From an uncultured candidate division Zixibacteria bacterium (lineage in GTDB: Bacteria > Zixibacteria > MSB-5A5 > UBA10806 > 4484-95), in contig CAXXKA010000006.1 of NCBI GenBank assembly GCA_963668625.2, positions 448,001 to 512,000 on the forward strand: DNA of 64,000 bases. Direction: 5' to 3'. The notes below the pieces were generated by a model. The model searched no databases. It saw nothing but the letters and a program-made list of their open reading frames with translations, and had not been told where the DNA came from. Positions within the stretch are counted from its first letter, which is position 1. Each line of letters begins with the position of its first letter. Both the position numbers and the translations under genes were made by a program. Of the stretch, positions 29,117 to 39,771 are shown one piece after another.

Positions 29117-30727
29117 TTATTTAATCAGCATGAGTTTTCTGGTTGCATTGTATTCCTTGGCCTGCAGCTTGTAGAAATACACTCCCGAGGCCAACTCATC
29201 CGCATTCCATACCACCTGATGGCTCCCCGCCGGTTGTGTGCCATCCTCCAGCGTGGCGATATGTCGCCCGAGTATATCGTAGATATCGAGCTTGACCTGT
29301 GAGGCTATCGGCAGCTCGTAGGAAATCAGGGTGGAGGCGTTGAATGGGTTGGGGTAGTTTTGATGAAGTTGCACTCTTTCAGGCAATGCTATCGGATCAT
29401 CGATATCGTTAATCCATTGATTGAAATATAGCGCTCCCATATCGGCGTGGGTGGAATCGGGATCAAGGGGAGACCAGGGCGCGCCGGTATCTATGCAGGG
29501 GGATTTGGTTTCATCCTCGATTGGGTAGTTAGCCCAGGTGATTTGAAAGTCACCGTTATCGGGATCGGCAAACAGCGGATCGGAATCGATATTGCCTTCG
29601 CCCGGCCAGCCGTTTTGGATACAGGAATAAATAAACGATAATGTCGAATCAAGATCGATAATCTGAGCGTTAGGATGTATTTGATCATTATTAACAGAAT
29701 TTGCCCAGATAATATTGTTCTCTAAATTACTAATGGTGCTATTAGCAATATGAAAACCGCCACTGAATGCCGCGCCATTATTACCATAAATCGTATTATT
29801 ACTAATTACCCCGTTAGTATTACCTACCATAACTCCACCTCCCATGCCATATTGAGTTGAATTAAAAGCGATAATGTTATTTACCATATTCAATTCAGGG
29901 CAATTAGTAAAAGAAATACCTCCAGCAGCTTCAAAAGCAGCGTTGCAAAGAATTTTATTATTTTTCATATTCACGGTTGACTGGCTTAATAATACCCCAC
30001 CTCCACTTTGTCCGCAATAATTATCCGAAATAATACAATTATCGATTAAAACATTCGAACGAGTAATTGACAATCCTCCGCCCCAACCGCTTCCTAAAAC
30101 ATACCTGGATGTATCAGCTGAAATAATACTGGAGGATATGGAGATATCTGATTTTGTACAACAAATACCTGCGCCATCCCAACTGGATTTGTTGTTGACT
30201 ATCTCAGATTCAATAATTTCTACAAAGCAAGAATCACCTATAAAAATTCCACCGCCGCTTCCCTCATAAGCTTCGTTTTTCCTGATCGAACTATTTTTTA
30301 TAACTAGATTAGAATTAATAGTATATATACCTCCCCCGAAGGTTTGATCCAATGGTGGAATACTACGGGCAAAACTATGTTCAATTATGCAATGATTTAA
30401 TATACATGTATCACCACAGCTGAAAAACCTTAAAGAACCCCATCCCGGGTTAACATTCGTAGCTGTAAAAACGATGGAATCATCAGGAGCGCCAAGTGCT
30501 TTAAATACAGCGGAAGTATCTATAGTGAAAGTGTAATTGCCCTGGAAATCGAATATACACCCGGCTTGTATTTCAAGCGATTCATCCTGTGGCACGCGGA
30601 GATCACCTACTACCTCGTAAGGGCTATTTTCAGAGGATATAATCCCCGATATATCTCCAGATATCGGAGTCGCAATGCTTATTACACTAAGCGATAATAT
30701 AGCGATAGTTGTCATAATATATTTCAT
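29117..30727 (-). CDS. Parallel beta-helix secreted protein, paralog 3
   Basis: Same architecture; N- and C-terminal DNA nearly identical to paralogs 1 and 2. Confidence 0.85.
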   Translation of the reverse strand: MKYIMTTIAILSLSVISIATPISGDISGIISSENSPYEVVGDLRVPQDESLEIQAGCIFDFQGNYTFTIDTSAVFKALGAPDDSIVFTATNVNPGWGSLRFFSCGDTCILNHCIIEHSFARSIPPLDQTFGGGIYTINSNLVIKNSSIRKNEAYEGSGGGIFIGDSCFVEIIESEIVNNKSSWDGAGICCTKSDISISSSIISADTSRYVLGSGWGGGLSITRSNVLIDNCIISDNYCGQSGGGVLLSQSTVNMKNNKILCNAAFEAAGGISFTNCPELNMVNNIIAFNSTQYGMGGGVMVGNTNGVISNNTIYGNNGAAFSGGFHIANSTISNLENNIIWANSVNNDQIHPNAQIIDLDSTLSFIYSCIQNGWPGEGNIDSDPLFADPDNGDFQITWANYPIEDETKSPCIDTGAPWSPLDPDSTHADMGALYFNQWINDIDDPIALPERVQLHQNYPNPFNASTLISYELPIASQVKLDIYDILGRHIATLEDGTQPAGSHQVVWNADELASGVYFYKLQAKEYNATRKLMLIK

Positions 30728-30852
30728 CCAATTCTCCTTTTCGCTATTAAGATAATAAATAAACTCCATTTGTCAAATATTAATTGTGCCCGTTACCTAA
30801 GTCTAATAATTAACAAATAACTATCTACGATGTAATTAGAAATTGATATTTA

Positions 30853-30880
30853 AAGATCCCGGGTACAATCCCGGGATCTT
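30853..30880. terminator. Intrinsic terminator
   Basis: AAGATCCCGGG TACAAT CCCGGGATCTT perfect stem. Confidence 0.7.
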
Positions 30881-30905
30881 GATTAATACTACTGGTTTTC
30901 AGACT

Positions 30906-33437
30906 CTATTTTTGATGTACATTTGTGTTGTTTTTTGCACGAAGCTTTTTCTCGATGACTGTTATTTCGTCACGAATTGAGTTAACGGGCATCGATTTGA
31001 TCACCTTTTTATTTAATAACAGCGATCCACTATTAGGACAATTAGAACAAAAAACGGGCGCTGAACCACCGCCGAAATAACTTATGAGATAACTAACATC
31101 ACCGCCTATAACTGAGCAATCACCATTAGCGTCCGCAGCATGATACAAGAAATTGGTCGGGCACATGCAGGAATCAGGCGGAACAGTTCCTCCTCTAAAA
31201 TAGTTTACTAGATAGGTGATATCTCCTCCAAGCACACTACCATCACCGTTAGCATCACCGGCAACTGCGTCCGCACAATAATGAACAACTTCAATAGAAT
31301 CCTTATAAAGAATGTAATTGCCTTTCAAACATGAAACGGTAATCCAGCCGGTTGTTTGAGGATTAAGTTTCGGCGTCATATTACCGGTGGAGTTGGTATA
31401 ACCTCTTTCGAAAACCTCATCACCTTTCGATAAAGTCACCATAACATTCGGAATACCTGCCTGAGTTAGACTATCTTTTACAATAATTGTTGTACTATCG
31501 ATACTATAAATCATTACCGAATCTGGATAATCTGCAACTAGATTTCGCGGAGACGTTCCACCCCATAGAAACATTGATGGGTCACCAAACAAGGTGTTAC
31601 CATAAATTATCTCTTTAGAATTTGTTGTACTTTTAATTACATAGTGGGTAGGCCCAATCCGGCTTCCATAGGTGCTACCGTTAGGACCGAATAGCCATTC
31701 TGCACGAGTCATCTCTAAACTTGTAGAGGCGCTGACCCAGCCGACGCGAGTATTATAAGTACCAGCTACTGCTCCTCCATATAGCAATAATTCATCCTCA
31801 GCTAAACATCTCGCATAACCATACCCGTCTGGAGGCAGTTCACCGAAGAAAACATCTTGATCATCGCAATCAAGAGCTCCAAGATAGCACGAAATTGAAA
31901 AATGAACGTATTCTCGTCCCTCATTCTCTATATCGCCTATATATCCCCAGGTAGGATAGTTAGTTGCGCGCCACGTGTCAGTTGTTACGCCTGACCAGTT
32001 TGCGTCATGATATCCATCCTGTCGAACACCATACCAGTTTGGACTGCCATGACAATTGCTGTAAAAGATTACATAACTGGGATCACTTAATTCATCAATA
32101 ACATCTTCTCCTGTTGGGCCGGTAGGAAAGGGATCATTTCCGGAAGGCTGCTCCGTAAGAGTTTCAATATCGACATTAAACCAGTATGGAATTCTTGATG
32201 CTATTCGCTCATGGGAGCCATATTCGACCATTTGGTCGGCAGTTGCCATGATGACATCATTTGTATATCCACTGTTACCATTCCCTGGCGCTTCAATATA
32301 GTTGATTAATTTTTCAGTCCAAACCGTGGCTTGTCCGGTATCGCTTATTGCAACTCGTCCAACCCATATATCTCCTACAAGGTCACAATTATAAGGTTCA
32401 GTCCAATTATCCAATGCAGCGTAATACAGATCAGTAGGGATATCGCTTCGAGCGGGGTTTAAATCATTTCCATAATATCTTATCGGAACAACATCCATAT
32501 TGCCCATTAGGAGTACAAACTCTGCGCCATGTTGGTACTTTTCTTTAATGTAATTCCTAATTTTTTCAGGATTATCACTCCCTGTGTATTCAGTGTAGAT
32601 ATCCTCAACTGTTTTGACCTCAACTGAGAAACCTGATAAATTCTTATAGTACTCTATAGTATTCATTTCAGCTTCAAATTCATTAGATGTAATAATTAAG
32701 TAATTTGGTTCAATATCAACAGGATCTGTAGGGTAATTATAGGAGTATGTTGTTATTGACGGCATATTACTTTCGACGGAACCAGGATTTTCGACCATTA
32801 TTTTTAAGTGATCAATTATTCTTGCTTGAGTATACGTACTGCGGCTGATCACAGATAAAGCAGAAGCTCCTGATGAACTGGTGTGAATCGTGAGACTCAA
32901 ACTTGAAACCACCCAGATTTTGTCATTGCTAAGATTATAGTAAATTGGCCTTACCTTTATACTTCCGATTGTCATTCCCGAAGCAAAACCATATTGTGCT
33001 TCGGCCAATGCAATTTGATCTTCTGGGGGGTAAATGGTTGAATCATACCATGAACTAGGCGTATCAAATACTGGGGCGGTGCAATCATAACATAGAGCAT
33101 GTGGTGATTGTCGGGGGTATACTTGATCACTTAAATTTGCGAGTAATAAGGTATCCATACTGGTAATAGTCACCGAATCAATCATCTCGCCGCTTGGAAG
33201 GCTATATGTATAAATAAACATCGGTAGTTCAGGACACCCTGCTGAATCCGGATATGCTTGTTTGGGTAAATCACTTGAAATTCTCACATAGTAATTAGAA
33301 TCAGGCGCTAAAACTGTAGCGGTATCAAAATCGCTAAAAGAAAACGATAATTGGTCAGTAATGTCAGCGTGTGTTATTGGTGAAAAAAATACCATTAGAC
33401 ACAGAGACAATAAAATAATAATAGAGATTTTAGACAC
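30906..33437 (-). CDS. C25 (gingipain-like) cysteine peptidase with propeptide and C-terminal dockerin
   Basis: GCPELP propeptide, YLIIT...IRNYIK...FVLLMG...TDLYYAALD...VGR, CHGS and SCY catalytic dyad, two GDANGD-type repeats. Confidence 0.85.
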   Translation of the reverse strand: MSKISIIILLSLCLMVFFSPITHADITDQLSFSFSDFDTATVLAPDSNYYVRISSDLPKQAYPDSAGCPELPMFIYTYSLPSGEMIDSVTITSMDTLLLANLSDQVYPRQSPHALCYDCTAPVFDTPSSWYDSTIYPPEDQIALAEAQYGFASGMTIGSIKVRPIYYNLSNDKIWVVSSLSLTIHTSSSGASALSVISRSTYTQARIIDHLKIMVENPGSVESNMPSITTYSYNYPTDPVDIEPNYLIITSNEFEAEMNTIEYYKNLSGFSVEVKTVEDIYTEYTGSDNPEKIRNYIKEKYQHGAEFVLLMGNMDVVPIRYYGNDLNPARSDIPTDLYYAALDNWTEPYNCDLVGDIWVGRVAISDTGQATVWTEKLINYIEAPGNGNSGYTNDVIMATADQMVEYGSHERIASRIPYWFNVDIETLTEQPSGNDPFPTGPTGEDVIDELSDPSYVIFYSNCHGSPNWYGVRQDGYHDANWSGVTTDTWRATNYPTWGYIGDIENEGREYVHFSISCYLGALDCDDQDVFFGELPPDGYGYARCLAEDELLLYGGAVAGTYNTRVGWVSASTSLEMTRAEWLFGPNGSTYGSRIGPTHYVIKSTTNSKEIIYGNTLFGDPSMFLWGGTSPRNLVADYPDSVMIYSIDSTTIIVKDSLTQAGIPNVMVTLSKGDEVFERGYTNSTGNMTPKLNPQTTGWITVSCLKGNYILYKDSIEVVHYCADAVAGDANGDGSVLGGDITYLVNYFRGGTVPPDSCMCPTNFLYHAADANGDCSVIGGDVSYLISYFGGGSAPVFCSNCPNSGSLLLNKKVIKSMPVNSIRDEITVIEKKLRAKNNTNVHQK

Positions 33438-33703
33438 TATTCCTCCTTAAAGTATCACTAAGTTGTTTGAATTAAACGAGTTAATGAATTTCCCTGATTT
33501 CCAGTTAAAGATTTTTACCAAAACTAACTTAACCATTTTGTACATAACATTTATGTTAATGTCAAGTTTTAATTGTCATAAAATAAAATAAATGTTATTT
33601 ATTATTGTATCAAATGGATCTGGCCTGCAGAATGCGAATGAAACTATGTTTATTTGATGTTTTTTACATCGTTTTAGTTGTCATTATATACAACACCACT
33701 TCC

Positions 33704-33735
33704 CCCTTGCATTTTAACCCGATTTTCCCTATATA
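33704..33735 (+). promoter_or_regulatory. dnaK promoter
   Basis: TTGCAT-N17-TATATA. The context CCCTTGCA...CCCTATAT also resembles heat-shock sigma32 promoters. Confidence 0.5.
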
Positions 33736-33794
33736 TAGCCCTGTTTTTACGGATATTTGTTTAATTTGTAATAGATTGAAGGAGTTTAGATAAA

Positions 33795-35762
33795 ATGGCT
33801 AAAGTGATAGGAATTGATCTGGGCACCACCAACTCGTGCGTGGCTGTAATGGAGGCCGGTGAGCCTACCGTTATCACCAACTCGGATGGCTCCCGGACAA
33901 CGCCCTCGGTGGTGGCATTCACCAAAACCGGCGAGCGGCTGGTCGGGCAAACCGCCAAACGCCAGGCGATTACCAACCCCGAAAATACGATATTCTCGAT
34001 TAAACGTTTCATGGGCAGACGGTACAAAGAGGTCGGCTCAGAGGAGAAGATCGTGCCGTATAAAGTCAAGGCCGCCCCCAATGATGATGTCAGGGTAGAG
34101 GCGCAGGGCAAGGATTACGCCCCGCCGGAGATATCGGCCATGACCCTGCAATATCTCAAGAAAGCTGCCGAGGATTACCTGGGCGAGAAAATCACCCAGG
34201 CCGTGATTACGGTGCCTGCCTATTTCAACGACTCACAACGCCAGGCTACAAAGGATGCCGGAGAGATCGCCGGGCTCGAGGTGCTGCGTATTATCAACGA
34301 GCCGACTGCGGCCTCTTTAGCCTATGGACTCGATAAAAAGAAAGATCAGAAAATAGTAGTCTACGATTTAGGCGGCGGTACTTTCGATGTCTCCATACTG
34401 GAGCTGGGCGAGGGTGTGTTCGAGGTGCGCTCGACCAACGGTGATACGCATCTGGGCGGCGATGATTTCGATCAGCGTATCATGGATTACCTCGCGGATG
34501 AGTTCAAGAAAGAGCAGGGGATTGACCTTCGCCAGGATAGAATGGCCCTTCAGAGACTGAAAGAAGCGGCCGAGAAAGCCAAGTGCGAGCTTTCCTCCAC
34601 CATGCAGACCAATATCAACCTGCCGTTTATCACAGCCGATCAATCCGGCCCCAAGCATCTGGATATTACCCTGTCGCGCGCCAAGCTCGAACAGCTTTGC
34701 GATGACCTGATCCAGCGTACCCTGGAACCATGCCGTCAAGCGCTACGTGACGCCAAGCTGACCGCCGGCGATATACAGGAGATCGTGCTGGTCGGTGGTA
34801 TGACTCGTATGCCGAAAGTGCAGGAGGTCGTAAAAGAGGTATTCGGTCGCGAACCGCATCGCGGTGTCAATCCCGATGAGGTCGTGGCTATCGGCGCGGC
34901 TATCCAGGCGGGCGTACTGGCCGGGGATGTCAAAGACGTGCTTCTTCTGGATGTCACCCCGCTGTCGCTGGGAATCGAGACACTGGGCGGCGTGGCAACC
35001 AAGCTGATAGATCGTAATACCACCATCCCGACCAAGAAGACGCAGATATTTTCGACTGCAGCGGATAATCAACCGGCGGTGTCTATCAACGTGCTGCAGG
35101 GCGAGCGCGAGATGGCTATCGATAACCGTACGCTGGGTCGGTTCGACCTGGTTGGTCTTCCACCGGCGCCGCGCGGTATCCCGCAAATCGAGGTTACATT
35201 CGATATCGATGCCAATGGTATATTGCATGTCTCGGCCAAGGATTTAGGCACCGGCAAGGAGCAGTCGATCCGTATCGAGTCGTCCTCCGGTTTGTCCGAT
35301 GATGAGGTCGAGAAGATGAAGAAGGACGCCGAGGTTCACGCCGATGAGGATAAAAAGCGCAAGGAGCTGATCGAGGCCAAGAACAAGGCAGACAGCACTC
35401 TTTACGCTACCGAGAAATCCTTAAAAGATCATGGCGATAAAATCTCCGATGACGAAAAAGCCAAGGTCGAAAAGGCGATCGAGAATCTCAAAGAGGCGAT
35501 GAAGACCGAAGATGTCGAGCGTATCAACAAGGCCTCCGAGGAGGTGCTGACAGCCTCGCACAAGCTGGCCGAGGAGATATACAAGCAGGCGCAACAACAA
35601 CAGCAGGGTGAAGGCGGCGAGCAAGCCGGACCGCAACCGGGAGCCGAGCAAGCTTCCGGGGCCGATCAGTCACAACAGCAAGCGGGTTCATCCGAGGAGA
35701 AGAAGGATGACGGCGCGGTTGATGCCGACTACGAGGTTGTTGACGAGGATGATAAGAAATAA
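33795..35762 (+). CDS. dnaK: Chaperone DnaK (Hsp70)
   Basis: [38 protein letters not shown]. Terminator at about 35790-35817. Confidence 0.99.
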   Translation: MAKVIGIDLGTTNSCVAVMEAGEPTVITNSDGSRTTPSVVAFTKTGERLVGQTAKRQAITNPENTIFSIKRFMGRRYKEVGSEEKIVPYKVKAAPNDDVRVEAQGKDYAPPEISAMTLQYLKKAAEDYLGEKITQAVITVPAYFNDSQRQATKDAGEIAGLEVLRIINEPTAASLAYGLDKKKDQKIVVYDLGGGTFDVSILELGEGVFEVRSTNGDTHLGGDDFDQRIMDYLADEFKKEQGIDLRQDRMALQRLKEAAEKAKCELSSTMQTNINLPFITADQSGPKHLDITLSRAKLEQLCDDLIQRTLEPCRQALRDAKLTAGDIQEIVLVGGMTRMPKVQEVVKEVFGREPHRGVNPDEVVAIGAAIQAGVLAGDVKDVLLLDVTPLSLGIETLGGVATKLIDRNTTIPTKKTQIFSTAADNQPAVSINVLQGEREMAIDNRTLGRFDLVGLPPAPRGIPQIEVTFDIDANGILHVSAKDLGTGKEQSIRIESSSGLSDDEVEKMKKDAEVHADEDKKRKELIEAKNKADSTLYATEKSLKDHGDKISDDEKAKVEKAIENLKEAMKTEDVERINKASEEVLTASHKLAEEIYKQAQQQQQGEGGEQAGPQPGAEQASGADQSQQQAGSSEEKKDDGAVDADYEVVDEDDKK

Positions 35763-35842
35763 ACTATTTTAGATAGATATGAGAGATTGAAAGGGTGTCC
35801 GGTTGGATGCCCTTTTTAAATATGGTTGATTTTTCAAGCGGC

Positions 35843-35865
35843 GATACGAAGCGCTGTTTCGTATC
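35843..35865. repeat. Single REP-like hairpin of the AAGCGCTGCTT family
   Basis: GATACGAAGC-GCT-GTTTCGTATC. The tail TTCGTATCAAGGT recurs at about 36694. Confidence 0.55.
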
Positions 35866-35956
35866 AAGGTTTTGGCTACTGTGCAAATAGTAAAGGGAGT
35901 ATGCGATATATTCATATGCTCGTTTTTGTGCTAATTAATAATCGCAAATCAAATTA

Positions 35957-36553
35957 TTAAAACATATCTCCGGTCTGTTTCCCTGGGATTTGACTTTCCT
36001 TCTCGAATGCTTGTATCTCGTTGAAACATTGATTGGTGCAATCTTTCAAAACTTTCTGATATAACTGTTCGATATAATCTTTCGAGGCGTGCCATGAGGT
36101 TACCTCATACCAGGCCTCGCCCTTGTAGGAATACATGCATGGCTCATGTACTCCATCGTAGAAATTAAACCTCATCGCTACTTTCACGTATTCCGACTCT
36201 CCCCAGAATTTACAGTCGTACTTCATCTTGCCCTCGAGCAGCGTAACCACGATATCAACCTCGGTGCCCGTTCTTGTCGCCAGCTTATAAATCTCACCTC
36301 TAATCGTGTTTTTGTCATACTCGGTGAACTCGGGATATACTTGATCATCATGCCAGGGAAACGCCAATGATGGAATCTTGATCTCCCTATAAGTGATCTC
36401 CGGCCTCTTATCAACAAACGAGATGCTATTAACGATCAGATTCGCGGGTGTTCCCCTGACAGCGTATTCCTTCTCAAGATAGGCCAGTTTTGATGATGAT
36501 CCGCAGCTTACTAAAAGCACCAATAATGATAGCATAGTGATTGTTTTTTTCAT
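35957..36553 (-). CDS. Hypothetical lipoprotein
   Basis: MKKTITMLSLLVLLVSC lipobox, 198 aa. Confidence 0.7.
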   Translation of the reverse strand: MKKTITMLSLLVLLVSCGSSSKLAYLEKEYAVRGTPANLIVNSISFVDKRPEITYREIKIPSLAFPWHDDQVYPEFTEYDKNTIRGEIYKLATRTGTEVDIVVTLLEGKMKYDCKFWGESEYVKVAMRFNFYDGVHEPCMYSYKGEAWYEVTSWHASKDYIEQLYQKVLKDCTNQCFNEIQAFEKESQIPGKQTGDMF

Positions 36554-36778
36554 CTGTTTGCCCTTCATTTTATTGAGATATTGACCATAACATTATTCCC
36601 CGAGTAGCTTAATCTTGGAACAATATATTGATCTTGTTCTGAAAAAGCTATATTAAATTCGTTTGTAAAATATTTCATGCAAAGATGCAGCGATTCGTAT
36701 CAAGGTGCTGGCGGTTTAGCGATTTAAAAAGGGCGTCCAATCGAACGCCCCTACATGAGAAATCTATTTCAATGCAAA

Positions 36779-38131
36779 CTACAGGATATACCTGCTCAAA
36801 TCTTCATCCTCGATAATCGCTTTGAGTGTTTGCTCTACCATCTTTTTAGTGATACGCACCTTTTTCGATTTTACTTTCGGCGCCTCATACATCAGGTCTT
36901 CCAGCAGGGTAGTCATCACCGTATGTAACCTTCTCGCGCCGATATTTTCGGTGCTATTGTTTACCTCGGCGGCCACCCTGGCTATCTCCTGAATGGCGGC
37001 TTTGTCGAACTTGATATCGACACCCTCGGTCGCCAACATCTCGATATATTGCTTTATCAAAGCGTTTTCGGGCTCGGTAAGTATGCGCACGAAATCATTC
37101 TCGGTCAGCGTATCGAGTTCGACCCGAATGGGGAACCGTCCCTGCAACTCCGGGATTAGATCGGAGGGTTTGGACATATGGAAAGCCCCGGCGGCAATGA
37201 AAAGCACATGATCGGTTCTGACCATGCCGTACTTGGTCATGATATTCGATCCCTCGACTATCGGCAGTATATCGCGCTGCACGCCTTCGCGAGAGACATC
37301 GGGGCCGGACTTGGCATCCTTGCCGGCGATCTTGTCTATCTCATCGATGAAAATCAATCCCGAATTCTCGACTCGCTCCAAAGCGATATTTATTACCTCA
37401 TCGAAATCGATCAGTTTTTGCGATTCGTCCTGGGTGAGGATTTTGTAAGCCTCGAGTACGGTTACTTTGCGTTTCTTGGTCTTCTGAGGCATCATACCGG
37501 AGAACATCTCCTGTATGTTCATGCCTATCTCCTCGATACCCATAGGGGAGAAGACCTCCACGACCGGGAAACGATCACTGGGAACATCCAGTTCTATGAA
37601 ACGTTTATCGAGCTTGCCCTGCCGGAGTTGTTTGCGCATTTTTTCGCGAGTGGCCAGGGCTTTCTTGGCATGTTCCTCATCCTCTTTAGCGCTCTTCTTG
37701 TTCTTGCCGGCGCTCGAGGGCAAGAGTAAATCCAGGAGTTTTTCCTCGGCCAGCATCTCGGCCTTGGCCTCAACCTCTACCTGTTTTTCTTTTTTTACCA
37801 TGTTCACAGCCAGGTCGCACAGATCGCGCACCATCGACTCGACATCCCGGCCGACATAGCCGACCTCGGTATATTTCGAGGCCTCGACCTTCACGAACGG
37901 GGCGTTGGAAAGATTTGCCAGGCGGCGGGAAATCTCGGTTTTACCGACACCGGTAGGGCCGATCATGATAATGTTGTTCGGCATTATCTCATCTTTTAAC
38001 GGCCCGGTTACCTGCTGACGGCGCCAGCGGTTGCGCATGGCAATCGCCACCATTTTCTTGGCTTTATCCTGACCGATTATATATTTGTCCAGTTCGTTTA
38101 CTATTTCCTGAGGTGTTAATTCGTCTAACAT
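36779..38131 (-). CDS. hslU: ATP-dependent protease ATPase subunit HslU
   Basis: [40 protein letters not shown]. Confidence 0.98.
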   Translation of the reverse strand: MLDELTPQEIVNELDKYIIGQDKAKKMVAIAMRNRWRRQQVTGPLKDEIMPNNIIMIGPTGVGKTEISRRLANLSNAPFVKVEASKYTEVGYVGRDVESMVRDLCDLAVNMVKKEKQVEVEAKAEMLAEEKLLDLLLPSSAGKNKKSAKEDEEHAKKALATREKMRKQLRQGKLDKRFIELDVPSDRFPVVEVFSPMGIEEIGMNIQEMFSGMMPQKTKKRKVTVLEAYKILTQDESQKLIDFDEVINIALERVENSGLIFIDEIDKIAGKDAKSGPDVSREGVQRDILPIVEGSNIMTKYGMVRTDHVLFIAAGAFHMSKPSDLIPELQGRFPIRVELDTLTENDFVRILTEPENALIKQYIEMLATEGVDIKFDKAAIQEIARVAAEVNNSTENIGARRLHTVMTTLLEDLMYEAPKVKSKKVRITKKMVEQTLKAIIEDEDLSRYIL

Positions 38132-38138
38132 ATTTACC

Positions 38139-38666
38139 TTACTTGAGTGTTTCCAATACAATGTTACCGTTGGTATAGATACAAATCTCAGAGGCTATCC
38201 GCAACGACTTTTCGACTATTTTGTCGGGAGTTAGCTTGGTGTTTTGTACCAGCGCCCGGGCCGCCGAAAGGGCGTAAGTCCCGCCCGAACCGATTGCCAG
38301 AATTCCGTCATCCGGTTCTAATACATCACCGTTACCCGTTATCAGGAAACCCTGTGATTTATCCATGATAACAAGTAACGCTTCCAGGCGCCTGAGATAT
38401 TTATCGGTTCGCCATTCTTTGGCCAACTCTACGGCCGCGCGTTGGAGGTTACCTCCGTACTCGTCCAGCCTCGATTCGAATTTCTCGAATAGCGTTAACG
38501 CATCTGCGGTAGCTCCGGCGAAACCTGCCAGTACCGTATCGTTATACATTCTGCGAATTTTTACCGCTGTCGATTTGATCACGGTATCATCCAATGATAC
38601 CTGGCCATCCGCGCCCATTGCCGCGCCATTTTTGGTTATCACGCCTATTACTGTCGTGCCTTTCAT
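38139..38666 (-). CDS. hslV: ATP-dependent protease subunit HslV
   Basis: N-terminal [22 protein letters not shown]. Confidence 0.97.
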   Translation of the reverse strand: MKGTTVIGVITKNGAAMGADGQVSLDDTVIKSTAVKIRRMYNDTVLAGFAGATADALTLFEKFESRLDEYGGNLQRAAVELAKEWRTDKYLRRLEALLVIMDKSQGFLITGNGDVLEPDDGILAIGSGGTYALSAARALVQNTKLTPDKIVEKSLRIASEICIYTNGNIVLETLK

Positions 38667-39577
38667 TCAGCCTCCGCCCGGGGATGTGCTTTCTTGTAAA
38701 CCGAAATTAATCGCCCGGTAGTAATGTGGCTGTATTTCTGTGTGGTTTTCAACGAGGCGTGTCCAAGCATCTGTTGAACCGCCCTGAGATTAGCGCCCGC
38801 TGTCAGTAGATGAGTGGTGAAAGAGTGGCGAAGACTATGAGTTGAAAGACCGGTCTTCTCCGAACATCTCTGGAGATGCGCTTTCACGATTCTAGCGGCG
38901 CTGCGCGGGGTCAGTTGTCCGCCCCGGGTATTCAGAAATACAGCGTTTTGATTTGTTTTATTCTTCTCTATCAGTAAATCTTTTCTGTGTACTAGATATT
39001 TCTCGATCGATTCGATGACCATATCGCCAACCGGCACCAGGCGGTATTTTCCTCCCTTGCCGAATACCTTGATTTCGTTTTTATCGAAAATCAAATCTTC
39101 GAGATCAAGCCCGGTCAATTCCGAAAGTCTCAAACCGCAACCGTAGTAAACCTCGATCATAGCCCGGTCGCGTATGTCTTTGAACGAATCATCCCCCCAG
39201 CCGGTTTCAATAAGAAATTTGGCCTCCTCTTCGGAGATATATTTAGCCCGGTAAGGTTCGACTTTAATCGGCTCTATAAGCCGGGCGGGATTATGGCCGA
39301 CACGTTTGATGCCTGCGAGGAAATCGAAAAGCATTTTCAGCGCCTCCAGTTTGCGGGCGATGGAACTGCTTTTTAAGCCGCTTTTCCTGAGATTTATTAA
39401 ATATCGGCGAATCTCGAATTGGGTTAGATCCGTCTTGCTATCACATTCGTTTTTGATATATTTTATGAAATGTTCGATATCGGCGCCATAGGCTATACCG
39501 GTGTTTTCGGCGTAATTGCCGCTCTTTAAATGCTTTAGAAAGAGGATATAAGATTCATCCCAGAAATTAGTTTCCAT
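38663..39577 (-). CDS. xerC: Tyrosine recombinase XerC
   Basis: GLRLSEL, GKGGK, HSLRHSF, LGH, TTQKY. xerC-hslVU synteny. Confidence 0.88.
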   Translation of the reverse strand: METNFWDESYILFLKHLKSGNYAENTGIAYGADIEHFIKYIKNECDSKTDLTQFEIRRYLINLRKSGLKSSSIARKLEALKMLFDFLAGIKRVGHNPARLIEPIKVEPYRAKYISEEEAKFLIETGWGDDSFKDIRDRAMIEVYYGCGLRLSELTGLDLEDLIFDKNEIKVFGKGGKYRLVPVGDMVIESIEKYLVHRKDLLIEKNKTNQNAVFLNTRGGQLTPRSAARIVKAHLQRCSEKTGLSTHSLRHSFTTHLLTAGANLRAVQQMLGHASLKTTQKYSHITTGRLISVYKKAHPRAEAE

Positions 39578-39771
39578 AGGGGATGTATATACGAATTAGC
39601 GGTTTTTTATGCAAGGGATAAGTTACTTTGATTGTGTTTAGGGTATGTTGACTTATTGCCAGTCGCTTCACTATATCCAATAACCACGAATGGGATATCC
39701 GCCCGCCTTCGGTTGAATATCCATAATAATAGAAAAGCGGGGCATGTATTATCATACCCCGCTTCGTATTC

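Larger units (their letters stand above)
25637..30785 (-). repeat. Tandem triplication, period 1743/1746 bp, with conserved ends and promoter but variable cores
   Basis: Intergenic segments 27281-27373 and 29024-29116 are almost identical. The same TTGACA promoter precedes all three genes. Confidence 0.9.

Noticed and set aside
25637-30769. Diversity-generating retroelement behind the variable paralogs
   Set aside because: No reverse transcriptase in the window. Divergence spans about 800 bp with indels and is not adenine-specific, and no TR/VR pair was seen.
33537-33562. dif site (GTACATAA-CAT-TTATGTTAAT)
   Set aside because: The arms resemble XerC/XerD boxes but the spacer is 3 bp rather than 6. 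More likely an operator or promoter palindrome.
33440-33794. CIRCE operator upstream of dnaK or dnaJ
   Set aside because: No TTAGCACTC-N9-GAGTGCTAA match found by eye.
38663-39577. Phage or island integrase
   Set aside because: About 300 aa, overlaps hslV and lies in the usual xerC context, with no phage genes nearby.
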